The position numbers and the translations under genes were made by a program. From an uncultured Holophagales bacterium (GTDB lineage Bacteria; Acidobacteriota; Thermoanaerobaculia; UBA2201): 64,000 nucleotides of DNA. The stretch is from assembly GCA_964603505.1 (NCBI GenBank), contig CAZRVT010000009.1, forward strand, positions 309 to 64,308, written 5' to 3'. The notes beneath the pieces are model-generated. The model ran no database searches. It had not been told where the DNA came from and saw nothing but the letters and a program-made list of their open reading frames with translations. Of this stretch, positions 48,153 through 57,756 are shown piece after piece. Within the stretch, counting starts at the first letter, position 1; the number at the start of each line of letters is the position of its first letter.

Positions 48153-49070
48153 TCACTTCCGAAAGTAGTTCTTCAGGATGAAGAAGAGGTTTGCCGGCCG
48201 TTCGGCAAGACGGCGCATGAAATAGGGGTACCACTGATCGCCGTAGGGGACATAGACGCGGACGTTGTGCCCCTCCCGGACCAACCCCTCCTGCAGGTCG
48301 CGCCGGATACCGAAGAGCATCTGGAACTCGAAGGCCCCGGGGGTGATCCCCTTCTGGGCGGCGTAGTCCCGGGTGGCGCGGATCATGGCTTCGTCGTGGG
48401 TGGCGATGCCGTGGTAGAGGCCCGAATCCAGCATCCTCTGCATGACCTTGACGAAATTGGCGTTGACGTCCTTCTTCTTGGGGAAGGCGACGGAGGCGGG
48501 CTCCTTGTAGGCCCCCTTGCACAGCCGGATGCGGGCGCCCCGCGCCATCACGGCGGCCGCGTCATTTTCCGTCCGGTAGAGGTAGGACTGCAGGACGATG
48601 CCCACATGCTCCGGGCCGACGCGGTCCAGCATGGCGTTGAAAATGTCCAGAGTGCGGTCGGTGGCGGCGCTGTCCTCCATGTCGATGCGGACGAAGTTGC
48701 CGAGGGCCTTGGCCCGGTCCACGATGCGCGCCACGTTGCCGCGGCAGAACTCCTGCCCGAGCTCCAGCCCCAGTTGAGTGAGCTTGATGGAAACGTTCCC
48801 CTGGATGTTCCGGGCGGCGATGAACTCCAGGATGCGGATGGCCTCGTCGGCGGAGGCGAGGGCCTCCGGTTTGGTGGTGACGCTCTCCCCCAGGAAGTCC
48901 ATCGTGACAAGGATGCCCTTGGCGTTGAGGTCCCGGACGGGGGCCAGGGCCTGGTCGAGGGTGATGCCGGAGACGAACCGCCCGGAGGCCCTTTGGGCCA
49001 GGCGGTTCTTCATGGCGAAGGAGCGGAGGGCGCTGGACTTGGAGAGGGAGATGAACAGGGAGCGGAGCAT
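48153..49070 (-). CDS. Proline dehydrogenase (monofunctional PRODH domain)
   Basis: The PutA PRODH-domain motifs MDFLGE, IKLTQLG, GAYKEP and YVPYG. 1-nt TGATG overlap with the queD stop. Confidence 0.8.
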   Translation of the reverse strand: MLRSLFISLSKSSALRSFAMKNRLAQRASGRFVSGITLDQALAPVRDLNAKGILVTMDFLGESVTTKPEALASADEAIRILEFIAARNIQGNVSIKLTQLGLELGQEFCRGNVARIVDRAKALGNFVRIDMEDSAATDRTLDIFNAMLDRVGPEHVGIVLQSYLYRTENDAAAVMARGARIRLCKGAYKEPASVAFPKKKDVNANFVKVMQRMLDSGLYHGIATHDEAMIRATRDYAAQKGITPGAFEFQMLFGIRRDLQEGLVREGHNVRVYVPYGDQWYPYFMRRLAERPANLFFILKNYFRK

Positions 49071-49453
49071 CAGAGGGCCTCCTGGGGGGGGGGTTCGTAA
49101 ACGGCGCAAGAGGTGGGGGTTTCCCACACTTCCACCCGGTGCACCGCGGGGCCGGGGGGGAGGCGCCGGGCCACCTCCGCGGCGATGTGGCGGGCCAGGT
49201 TTTCGGCCGTGCTGTTGACGGTGTCGAAGGGGGGGACCGCGGCGAGGTCGGCGTGGTCCATCGGGGCGGTCGCTTCGCGCAGGATGCGCTTGAACTCGGT
49301 GAAGTCGAGGACCATGCCCAAGGGGTCGAGGGCCGCGGCGCGCAGGAACACGCGGGCCCGGTAGTTGTGCCCGTGCACCTTCTCGCAGGGCCCCTGGTAG
49401 CCCCGGAGGCGGTGGGCGGCGGAGAACTCTATTTCCTTGCTGACGAAGTACAT
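49070..49453 (-). CDS. queD: 6-carboxy-5,6,7,8-tetrahydropterin synthase (PTPS family)
   Basis: FSAAHRL...GHNY...CxxxHGH-type PTPS motifs (EIEFSAAHRLRGYQGPCEKVHGHNY) in a 127-aa protein. Confidence 0.85.
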   Translation of the reverse strand: MYFVSKEIEFSAAHRLRGYQGPCEKVHGHNYRARVFLRAAALDPLGMVLDFTEFKRILREATAPMDHADLAAVPPFDTVNSTAENLARHIAAEVARRLPPGPAVHRVEVWETPTSCAVYEPPPQEAL

Positions 49454-50022
49454 GACGCGACCCGGGCCTCCAAGTCCCGAAGGGCCGCCTCGACGCGGTC
49501 CAGCCGGTCCAGGATCCTCCGCAGGGCCTCCACCGGGTCCAGGTCCTCCACCAGGGATCCGAGCTCCTTGAGGGAGGGGAGGGTGTCCTCCGGGTCCTTC
49601 TGCTCGTAGTGCTTCTGGATGACCTTGTCGATGGACGACTGGGGAGCGATGAGGGGGGTGACCGAGCAGCCGGTGTGGGCCTCGATCTCGGTCACGGCAT
49701 TGATGTCGGTGGGGTCGGTCATGGCCACATAGAGCGTCCCCTCCTCCAATTTAAACGGCACGGCGTTGTGCCGGCGGGCCATCTCCGCCGGCACCGTGGC
49801 CAGGACCCGGGGGGGGATGGCGATGTTGAGGAGCGAGACGCAGGGGATGTCCACCTGCTTGCTCAGGAAGGCGGCCAGGACGTTTTCGTCGATGAACTTC
49901 AGGTCCACGAGGGTGGACCCGAACCGTTTCCCCGTTTTCCGCTGGACTTCCAGGGCGATCTGCATCTGGATTTCGTCGATGAGATTGGCCTCCAGAAGCA
50001 TGTGCCCTAAATTTTTCTTCAT
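49429..50022 (-). CDS. Stand-alone type II secretion GspE N-terminal (T2SSE_N) domain protein
   Basis: Two repeats of the GspE_N signature (LGHMLLEANLIDEIQMQIALEVQRKTGKRFGSTLVDLKFIDENVL...). No ATPase domain follows. 25-nt overlap with queD. Confidence 0.6.
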   Translation of the reverse strand: MKKNLGHMLLEANLIDEIQMQIALEVQRKTGKRFGSTLVDLKFIDENVLAAFLSKQVDIPCVSLLNIAIPPRVLATVPAEMARRHNAVPFKLEEGTLYVAMTDPTDINAVTEIEAHTGCSVTPLIAPQSSIDKVIQKHYEQKDPEDTLPSLKELGSLVEDLDPVEALRRILDRLDRVEAALRDLEARVASCTSSARK

Positions 50023-50107
50023 CGGCCTCCGTATATTACAAAGACCTTCCCTTGAATGTCAAGGTAAGGTTGTATTACAATATCAGCGAACCGCAAGGAG
50101 GTTCCTT

Positions 50108-51112
50108 ATGAAGAAGTGCGTCTGGCTCGTGGCATTCCTTTGTGCCGCGGCCCTGTTCGCCCAGAACGCCCCCAAACTGGTCCTCGAGGACGCCATCCAC
50201 GACTTCGGCGTCGTGGTGAAAGGCGATGTGGTGGAGTGGGCCTACTCCCTCAAGAACGCCGGCACGGCCGACCTGACCATCACCGATGCCCGCCCCAGCT
50301 GCGGCTGCACCGTGGCCCAGTGGGACAAGGTCATCAAGCCCGGAGAGACGGGCAAGGTCACGGCGAAGCTGGAAACCAAGGACTTCAAAGGGCCCATCAA
50401 CAAGACCATCACGATCGTCTCCAACGACCCGGAGACGCCCCAGGCCCGGCTCTTCCTCAAGGCCACCGTCAAGGCCGTGGTCGACCTGGTCCCGGACGTC
50501 AACTTCCGGTTCAACAAGTTGAAGCGCGAGTCCGGCCAAGTCAAGCGGCTCCTGGTGACCGAGGAGGACGGGTTCGAATTCAAGGTGACCAAGACCGAGG
50601 CCTCCCAACCTTGGATCAAGTTCGACGTCGCCCCCGCGCCGCAGGAGGTCCGGCAGGCCAACTACCCCAACGCGCAGTACGAGGTCACCGCCATCATCGG
50701 TCCCGAGGCCCCGGTGGGGATGGTCAACGAGTCGGGCACCCTCTACACCACCAGCCCCAAGATGCCGGCCCTGAAAGTGAAGATCATGGGGCTCGTCCGG
50801 CCCGACGTCATGGCCTCCCCCCCCCGGCTGGAGATGGGGACGGTCGAGGCGGCCCCCGACTTCTCCCGCATGCTGAAGGTGCGGGACAACACCAAGTCGG
50901 GCACCTTCGAGCTCACCGCGGTGACCTGCACGGTCCCCTTCCTGACGGTGGCGCAGGAGGTGGTGAACAAGAACGAGGAGTATAACCTCGTCGTCAAGTT
51001 CAGCACCACCCCCCCCAAGGGCGACTTCTCCGGCAAGGTGGTGGTCAAGACCAACGCTGCGGCCGAGGAGTTCAAGACCATCGAGATCCCGGTCTCCGGG
51101 ACGGTGAAATAA
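50108..51112 (+). CDS. Secreted DUF1573 domain protein (tandem Ig-like domains)
   Basis: Signal peptide MKKCVWLVAFLCAAALFA. DUF1573 signature FGVVVKGDVVEWAYSLKNAGTADLTITDARPSCGCT. AAGGAGG RBS 6 nt upstream. The N-terminal part of track ORF 49766..51112 is spurious. Confidence 0.75.
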   Translation: MKKCVWLVAFLCAAALFAQNAPKLVLEDAIHDFGVVVKGDVVEWAYSLKNAGTADLTITDARPSCGCTVAQWDKVIKPGETGKVTAKLETKDFKGPINKTITIVSNDPETPQARLFLKATVKAVVDLVPDVNFRFNKLKRESGQVKRLLVTEEDGFEFKVTKTEASQPWIKFDVAPAPQEVRQANYPNAQYEVTAIIGPEAPVGMVNESGTLYTTSPKMPALKVKIMGLVRPDVMASPPRLEMGTVEAAPDFSRMLKVRDNTKSGTFELTAVTCTVPFLTVAQEVVNKNEEYNLVVKFSTTPPKGDFSGKVVVKTNAAAEEFKTIEIPVSGTVK

Positions 51113-51122
51113 AGGGGGCCCC

Positions 51123-52550
51123 TTGGCCAAGCCCCCGCGTCAGGCCGGCGCAGATCTGGATTGGTACCTCATCCAGGTCTCCACGCTCAAGAAGATCGGG
51201 CTCATCCTCCTGGTCGGACTGGTCGTGGCCGGCCTGGGCTACGTGGCTTACAACCACCTCACCTCCGACCGTTCGCGCGCCCAGAGCCGGCTGAAGGAGG
51301 CGGTCAACCTGGTGGAGCAGATCCCGAAGCTCCCCGACTTCGCCTCCCTCCGGCCGGTGTACATCCAGCTCCAGGAGCTTCTCCAGGGAGCCCAGAAGGC
51401 CTTCATGGCCAAGGACTACGCCGCCGCCCTCTCATCCGCCACCCAGGCGGCCCAGCGCGCCCAGGACGTCCTTTCCGGCGCCCAGACCTCCAAAGGCAAG
51501 GGGGTCGAGGAGATTCTCGACCTGGAGGGCAAGGTGCAGGTCCAGCGGAAAGAGCAGGGGACCTGGGAGGACGCCAAGCCCCGCATGCCCCTCTATGCGG
51601 GGGATTTCGTCAAGACGGGGTCCGGCGGGAGCGCGCGCCTCATCACCGACAGCAACGTCATCATCTTCCTGCCCCCCGACTCGCTTCACGAGGTGGCCCA
51701 GCCGGCCACCACCTCTTCCGGCGAGCGACAGCACAAGGTCAAGCTCATCTACGGGCAGGCCGACATCATCACTCAGAGCCAGAAGGCCCAGATCGTCACC
51801 GTGGCCGCCACCGGCGAGGTGGATCTCAACTCCCAGACCTATGTCTCCGTCCGGGAGAACCGCACCGAGATCCGTAACGACCGCGGTCTCACCACCGTCA
51901 GCACCCAGGACGGGCAGACCATCGCCCTCAACCCCCTGCAGAAGGTCAACATCGCCGGGGGGAAGGCGGGCGAGGTGGTGCAGGTGCTCCCCCGGCCGCG
52001 CCTGATGGAGCCCGTCAACAACAAGACGATTGTCTTCACCCACAACCTCGCGGTCAAGCTGCAGTGGGAAAAGGTCCCGGGCGCCGTCCAGTACATCGTC
52101 CAGGTCTCGTACTCCTCCTTCTTCGTGGAGTTGCAGGAGAAGCGGAAGGCCGAGAACTATCTGAGCGTCCGGATCCCGGCCCCGGCCGACTACTACTGGC
52201 GCGTCGCCGCCCTCGACGCCAACGGGAACCAGAGCCCCTGGAGCACTCCCGACCCTTGCAAGTTCCGGATCATCCCCCCCGGCGAAGCCGCCAACCTCGA
52301 CCGGACCCCACCCCCCCTGGAGGTCGCTCCGGAGAACCCCATGGGCAACTCCTGCATCGTCCGGGGCGTCACCGAGCCCGGCGCCACCGTCACCATCAAC
52401 GGCGACCAGGCCTTCACCAAGGAGGACGGGTCCTTCTACGCCAATATCACCCTCAAGCAAGTGGGGATCAACCAGGTCGTGGTCAAGGCCGTGGACCCCT
52501 TCGGCAACGAGACCGTCAAGAAGGTCAACGTCACCGTGCAGGATTATTGA
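51123..52550 (+). CDS. Hypothetical membrane-anchored protein with FecR-like and Ig/FN3-like regions
   Basis: TTG start, a TM anchor (LILLVGLVVAGLGYVAY), a helical region, then beta-rich repeats (a FecR-like stretch LEGKVQVQRKEQGTWEDAKPRMPLYAGDFVKTG). Sits upstream of mreB. Confidence 0.6.
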   Translation: MAKPPRQAGADLDWYLIQVSTLKKIGLILLVGLVVAGLGYVAYNHLTSDRSRAQSRLKEAVNLVEQIPKLPDFASLRPVYIQLQELLQGAQKAFMAKDYAAALSSATQAAQRAQDVLSGAQTSKGKGVEEILDLEGKVQVQRKEQGTWEDAKPRMPLYAGDFVKTGSGGSARLITDSNVIIFLPPDSLHEVAQPATTSSGERQHKVKLIYGQADIITQSQKAQIVTVAATGEVDLNSQTYVSVRENRTEIRNDRGLTTVSTQDGQTIALNPLQKVNIAGGKAGEVVQVLPRPRLMEPVNNKTIVFTHNLAVKLQWEKVPGAVQYIVQVSYSSFFVELQEKRKAENYLSVRIPAPADYYWRVAALDANGNQSPWSTPDPCKFRIIPPGEAANLDRTPPPLEVAPENPMGNSCIVRGVTEPGATVTINGDQAFTKEDGSFYANITLKQVGINQVVVKAVDPFGNETVKKVNVTVQDY

Positions 52551-52554
52551 CGCC

Positions 52555-53577
<1,023 letters not shown>

Positions 53578-53618
53578 GCCGAACCGCCCGTTGCGCCGCC
53601 GTTGATCGGGAGCGAACC

Positions 53619-54410
53619 ATGCGGGTGAAACGCAGCCTCGAGTTCCATCTGCTCGCCCTGGTCCTCCTGAACCTCGTCCTCCTGACGTTCCAGAGCCAAG
53701 CGGACCTCTGGGTGCGCGGCTTCTCCGCGGTCCTGGGGCCCCCCGTCATCCTCGTCCACCGCGCCCTCGACCGCGTGGCGGAGAGGTGGGAGCGTTTGGT
53801 GTCTCTCGGTCGGGCCCAGGAGGAGAACCGCACCCTCCGGGACCGCCTCTTCTGGGCCCGCCTCGACAACGACCGCCTGCGGATGGAGAACCTCTACCTG
53901 CAGGGGTTCCGCCGCTTGGCCGAACACCCCTCCCTGGAGGCGTCGGGCGGGAGGACCGTCGCCGTGGTTCGGCGGCGCAGCGCCAGCTACTCCGCGGAGC
54001 TCCTGGTGGACGCCGGCGCCCTCCGCGGCGTGAAAGCGGGCCAGATCGCCCTCGCTCCCGAGGGGGTCGTGGGGTTGGTGGTCGGCGTGGATGCCCTCAG
54101 CGCTACGATCCGCCCGGTCGTCCACCCCGACAGCGTGGTCTCGGTGGTGGACCTGCGCACCGGGACCCATGCCGTGGCCAAGGGGGACGGCACCGGCTTC
54201 CTGGAGCTCAAGTATCTCCCCCCCTATGCCGACGTGGCGCCGGGGGATCGGTTCGTCACCGACTGCTGGGACTTCCAGTACCACCCGGGGCTCCCGCTGG
54301 GCACCGCCGTGGAGGTGGGAGCCGACGAATCGCAGCTGAGGGTGCGGCTGCGGCCCCAGGCGGACCTTTCCTCGCTCCATTGGCTGACGCTCGTGAAGGA
54401 GGCCTCGTAG
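53619..54410 (+). CDS. mreC: Rod shape-determining protein MreC
   Basis: N-terminal TM, a coiled-coil (ENRTLRDRLFWARLDNDRLRMENLYLQ), then a beta-rich C-terminal domain. Position is immediately after mreB. Confidence 0.8.
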   Translation: MRVKRSLEFHLLALVLLNLVLLTFQSQADLWVRGFSAVLGPPVILVHRALDRVAERWERLVSLGRAQEENRTLRDRLFWARLDNDRLRMENLYLQGFRRLAEHPSLEASGGRTVAVVRRRSASYSAELLVDAGALRGVKAGQIALAPEGVVGLVVGVDALSATIRPVVHPDSVVSVVDLRTGTHAVAKGDGTGFLELKYLPPYADVAPGDRFVTDCWDFQYHPGLPLGTAVEVGADESQLRVRLRPQADLSSLHWLTLVKEAS

Positions 54411-54412
54411 CC

Positions 54413-54874
54413 GTGGGCCGCGCCCTGGCGGTCGCCGTGCTCTGTCTGTTGGCCCTCCGGGTCCAGTTCGGGCTCCTGCGCGATGCCGCCGTCCTGGACC
54501 CGCTCTTCGTGGGGGCGGTCTACGCCGCCCTGGTCCTGCGCGGGGCCGGGGCCCTTTGGCTGGCCGCCGCCCTTGGACTGGCCGGCGACTGGGTGAGCGG
54601 GACCCCTCTCGGGTTCGAGGGGGCCGCCCTGACGGCCACCGCCTACCTGGCGTTCCGCGCTGCCCGGCACCTCCTGGTCTCCTCGCGGGGCCCCCTGTTC
54701 CTGCTGGCCCTCCTCCTCTTCGTCGTCCACGAGGCGCTCCGCCGCCTCCTCGACCTCGCCCTCGGCCTGGGGCTGGGCCTCCCGTTCTCTCCCCCGCTGG
54801 CCGCCTCCGCCCTCCTCTCCGCGTTGGCGGCGGCCGCCCTCGGGTTCCGCCATGAAGAAAGAACGCCTGTTTGA
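54413..54874 (+). CDS. mreD: Rod shape-determining protein MreD
   Basis: A ~153-aa polytopic membrane protein with a GTG start 2 nt after the mreC stop. Assigned mainly by its position between mreC and mrdA. Confidence 0.55.
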   Translation: MGRALAVAVLCLLALRVQFGLLRDAAVLDPLFVGAVYAALVLRGAGALWLAAALGLAGDWVSGTPLGFEGAALTATAYLAFRAARHLLVSSRGPLFLLALLLFVVHEALRRLLDLALGLGLGLPFSPPLAASALLSALAAAALGFRHEERTPV

Positions 54875-56561
54875 AACGGCGGTGGTCCTCGGTTTCGCCG
54901 TCCTCCTCCTGCGCCTCTTCTCCATCCAGGTGCGTCACGGGGCCGAGTACGAGCAGATGGCGCTGCGCAACCACTTCCGCTACATCCCCATCCCCGCTCC
55001 GCGGGGAACCATCTGGTCGGCCGACGGCACCACGCTGGCCAGCAACCACGCCTCCACCGACCTGGTGGTCTACCGGGAGGAGATGGGGGACGCCGAGGCC
55101 CTGAAGCGGCGCCTCTGCCAGCTCCTGCCTTACCGCGCGGAGGAGGTGCAGGCGCGGTGGCGGCAGATGGCCCATACCCCCGCCTATATTCCCCACCCCG
55201 TCCTGTCCGACCTCCGGGACGACGAAATCCCGATTATCGAGCTGGAAAAGGTGCGGTTCCCCGAGTTGGCGGTGGTCAAGCCCATGCGCCGCCTCTATCC
55301 CACCGCCGATCTCTTCTCGCACGCCCTCGGCTACATCGCAGAACTCTCCCCCGAGGACGAGGGGGCGGCGGGCGGGCGGGTGGGCGATTGGGTGGGCAAG
55401 GCGGGGCTGGAGCGCTCCTACAACGACCGGCTCCGAGGGGCCGACGGCCGGTGGGCCGTGGTTGTGGACAGCCGTGAACGCGAGGTGGCCCGGTACCTGG
55501 TGGCGCGGGCCCAGGACGGCAACCCGCTTTCCACCGGCCTCCGTATCGGCCTCCACCAGGTGGCCCGCGAGATGTTCGGGGAAGACAGCGGCGCGGCGGT
55601 GGTGATGGACGTCCAGACCGGGCAGGTACTCTGCTATTATTCCTCCCCCAGCTACCCGGCCGTTCCCCCTACCTCCAGCCTGGCGCAGGCGGTCTGGAAG
55701 CAGGTCTTCGCCGACCCGCGCAAGCCGATGCTGGATCGGGTCTCCCAGGGGACCTACGCCCCGGGCTCGGTCTTCAAGGTGATTCTGGCCGCGGCGGCGC
55801 TGGAGGAGGGGATCTGGGGGCCCGCACGGGGGGTCTCCTGCAACGGGGCGTTCCAGTTCGGCAACAAGGTGTTCCGGTGCTGGAACCGGGGCGGGCACGG
55901 CTGGGTGGATCTGCGCCGGGCGCTCATTGTCTCGTGCGACGTTTACTTCTACCAGCTCGGCCTTGCCCTGGGGGTGGACCGCATCCAGGCCTGGGCGCAG
56001 CGGTTCGGGATGGGGACCCGCACGGGGGTGGACCTCCCCTTCGAGAAGCCGGGGCTGGTCCCCTCCGAGGAGTGGAGCCGGCGGGTGCGGGGGGTCCCAT
56101 GGTTCCCCGGCGAGACGGTGTCGCTGGCCATCGGCCAGGGGCCGGTGCTCGTCACGGCGATGCAGGTGTGTCAGATCTATGGCGCCATCGCCAACGGCGG
56201 CGCCCTTCTGACCCCCCGGCTCGCCGCCGGGGGGGCGCCGCAGCGGCGGGCCGTCGAGGTCTCCCCCTCCACCCTGGCCTTCCTCCGCCAGGCCCTCGGC
56301 GATGTCGTGGCGGAGCCCGGAGGGACCGCCCACCGGCAGGAGCAGGACGGGCTCCCCACGATCGCGGGCAAGACCGGTACATCCCAGGTGATGTCCGAGG
56401 TGGACGGGAAACCCTACCTCAAGGAGCACGCGTGGTTCGCCGGGTTCGCCCCCCGCGGGAACCCCCGGGTGGCGTGCGCCGTGCTGGTGGAGCACGGGGG
56501 CCACGGCTCGGAGGCCGCGGCCCCGCTGGCCGCCGCGCTCATGCGGGAGGCGCTCAAATGA
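54852..56561 (+). CDS. mrdA: Penicillin-binding protein 2 (elongasome transpeptidase)
   Basis: SVFK (SxxK), SCN (SxN) and KTGTS (KTG) active-site motifs. N-terminal TM and dimerisation domain. Lies between mreD and rodA. Confidence 0.9.
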   Translation: MKKERLFETAVVLGFAVLLLRLFSIQVRHGAEYEQMALRNHFRYIPIPAPRGTIWSADGTTLASNHASTDLVVYREEMGDAEALKRRLCQLLPYRAEEVQARWRQMAHTPAYIPHPVLSDLRDDEIPIIELEKVRFPELAVVKPMRRLYPTADLFSHALGYIAELSPEDEGAAGGRVGDWVGKAGLERSYNDRLRGADGRWAVVVDSREREVARYLVARAQDGNPLSTGLRIGLHQVAREMFGEDSGAAVVMDVQTGQVLCYYSSPSYPAVPPTSSLAQAVWKQVFADPRKPMLDRVSQGTYAPGSVFKVILAAAALEEGIWGPARGVSCNGAFQFGNKVFRCWNRGGHGWVDLRRALIVSCDVYFYQLGLALGVDRIQAWAQRFGMGTRTGVDLPFEKPGLVPSEEWSRRVRGVPWFPGETVSLAIGQGPVLVTAMQVCQIYGAIANGGALLTPRLAAGGAPQRRAVEVSPSTLAFLRQALGDVVAEPGGTAHRQEQDGLPTIAGKTGTSQVMSEVDGKPYLKEHAWFAGFAPRGNPRVACAVLVEHGGHGSEAAAPLAAALMREALK

Positions 56562-56612
56562 ACCTCCGCCACTGCTGGTTCCAAGTTCAGAGAATGCCGG
56601 GACGGGGTGGAC

Positions 56613-56646
56613 AACCCGGAACCCGGAACCCGGAACCTGGAACCGG
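56613..56646. repeat. Heptamer tandem array (CCCGGAA)x3 + CCTGGAA in the mrdA-rodA spacer
   Basis: aa cccggaa cccggaa cccggaa cctggaa ccgg. Its reverse complement is the GTTCCGG-type unit seen in other intergenic arrays in this window. Confidence 0.85.
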
Positions 56647-56661
56647 CAGGGGAGGGCGGGC

Positions 56662-57756
56662 GTGAGCGCGCGCGCCACCGGCCCGGTCTTCCGCCGGCCC
56701 CTCCGGCTCCGGCACTGGGACCCTGTCTTCTCCCTGGTGCCCCTCTTCTTCACCCTGGCGGGCCTCTACCTCATCGCGGTCACCGTGCCGAGGGCCCTCC
56801 CCGCCCAGGCGGCATACGCCGCCGCCGGCGTCGCCCTCTTCCTGGCGGTCACCGTCCTGGGGCACGGCCTCTTCGTCCGGTTCTCCCGGGTCCTCTACGG
56901 ACTGTTCGTCCTCCTCCTCCTCGCGACCCTCTTTTTCGCCCCCCCCATCGCCGGGAGCCGCGCGTGGCTGGTCCTGGGGCCCCTCCACTTCCAGCCGGCG
57001 GAGTGGATGAAGCCGGTCCTGGCGCTGGCCCTGGCCGAGCTCTACATGCGCCCCCCCGCCCGCCTCTCCCGCCTCCTGGTCCTCGGGACGGTCCCCCTGG
57101 CCCTGGTGCTGGCCCAGCCCGACCTGGGGACCGCCGTCGCGCTGGGGACGGTGACGGCGGTGGCCCTCTACTTCCAGCGGTTCTCCCTCCGGATGGTGGT
57201 CACCGTGGCCGTGGCGGGCGCCGTCGTCTTCCTCGCCGCCTGGCTCTTCCTGTTCAAGCCGTACCAGAAACAGCGCATTCTCACCTTCCTGTTCCCCTCC
57301 TACGCCACCTCCCACTCGGGCTACCAGGCGAAGCAGTCGCTCATCGCCGTGGGGTCGGGGCGCCTGCTGGGGCGCGGGATGTCCCTCTCGACCCAGACCC
57401 AGCTCCGGTTCCTCCCGGCGCAACACACCGACTTCATCTTCGCCACCCTGGCCGAGCGCCGGGGCTTCCTGGGCGCGTCCATCGCCCTGGGGCTCTTCGC
57501 CCTCCTCATCCTCCGGATGACCGCGGCGGGGCGGGCCTCGCCGGAGCCCGACGCGAGGATGCTGGCCTTCATGATCGCGGGGTTCTTCTCGTTCCACGTG
57601 ATGTACAATATCGCGATGGTCGTGGCGCTCGTTCCCATCACCGGGATCCCCCTGCCCTTCCTCTCCTACGGGGGCTCGTTCCTGACGGCCTGCTGGTTCT
57701 CCGCGGGGCTCCTCCATTCGGTCTCCATCCGGCGGTACGGGCAGTATGAAAGTTGA
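56662..57756 (+). CDS. rodA: SEDS-family peptidoglycan glycosyltransferase RodA
   Basis: FtsW/RodA/SpoVE family multi-TM protein (QPAEWMKP, PDLGTA, FIFA..E.GF). Sits immediately after mrdA. Confidence 0.9.
   Translation: MSARATGPVFRRPLRLRHWDPVFSLVPLFFTLAGLYLIAVTVPRALPAQAAYAAAGVALFLAVTVLGHGLFVRFSRVLYGLFVLLLLATLFFAPPIAGSRAWLVLGPLHFQPAEWMKPVLALALAELYMRPPARLSRLLVLGTVPLALVLAQPDLGTAVALGTVTAVALYFQRFSLRMVVTVAVAGAVVFLAAWLFLFKPYQKQRILTFLFPSYATSHSGYQAKQSLIAVGSGRLLGRGMSLSTQTQLRFLPAQHTDFIFATLAERRGFLGASIALGLFALLILRMTAAGRASPEPDARMLAFMIAGFFSFHVMYNIAMVVALVPITGIPLPFLSYGGSFLTACWFSAGLLHSVSIRRYGQYES

Noticed and set aside
47184-49100. 638-aa plus-strand ORF
   Set aside because: It is antisense to queA and the proline dehydrogenase.
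50118-50135. Sigma-54-like element TGGCAT-N5-TGTGC
   Set aside because: The spacing and the -12 GC do not fit GG-N10-GC, and it lies inside the DUF1573 signal-peptide coding region.
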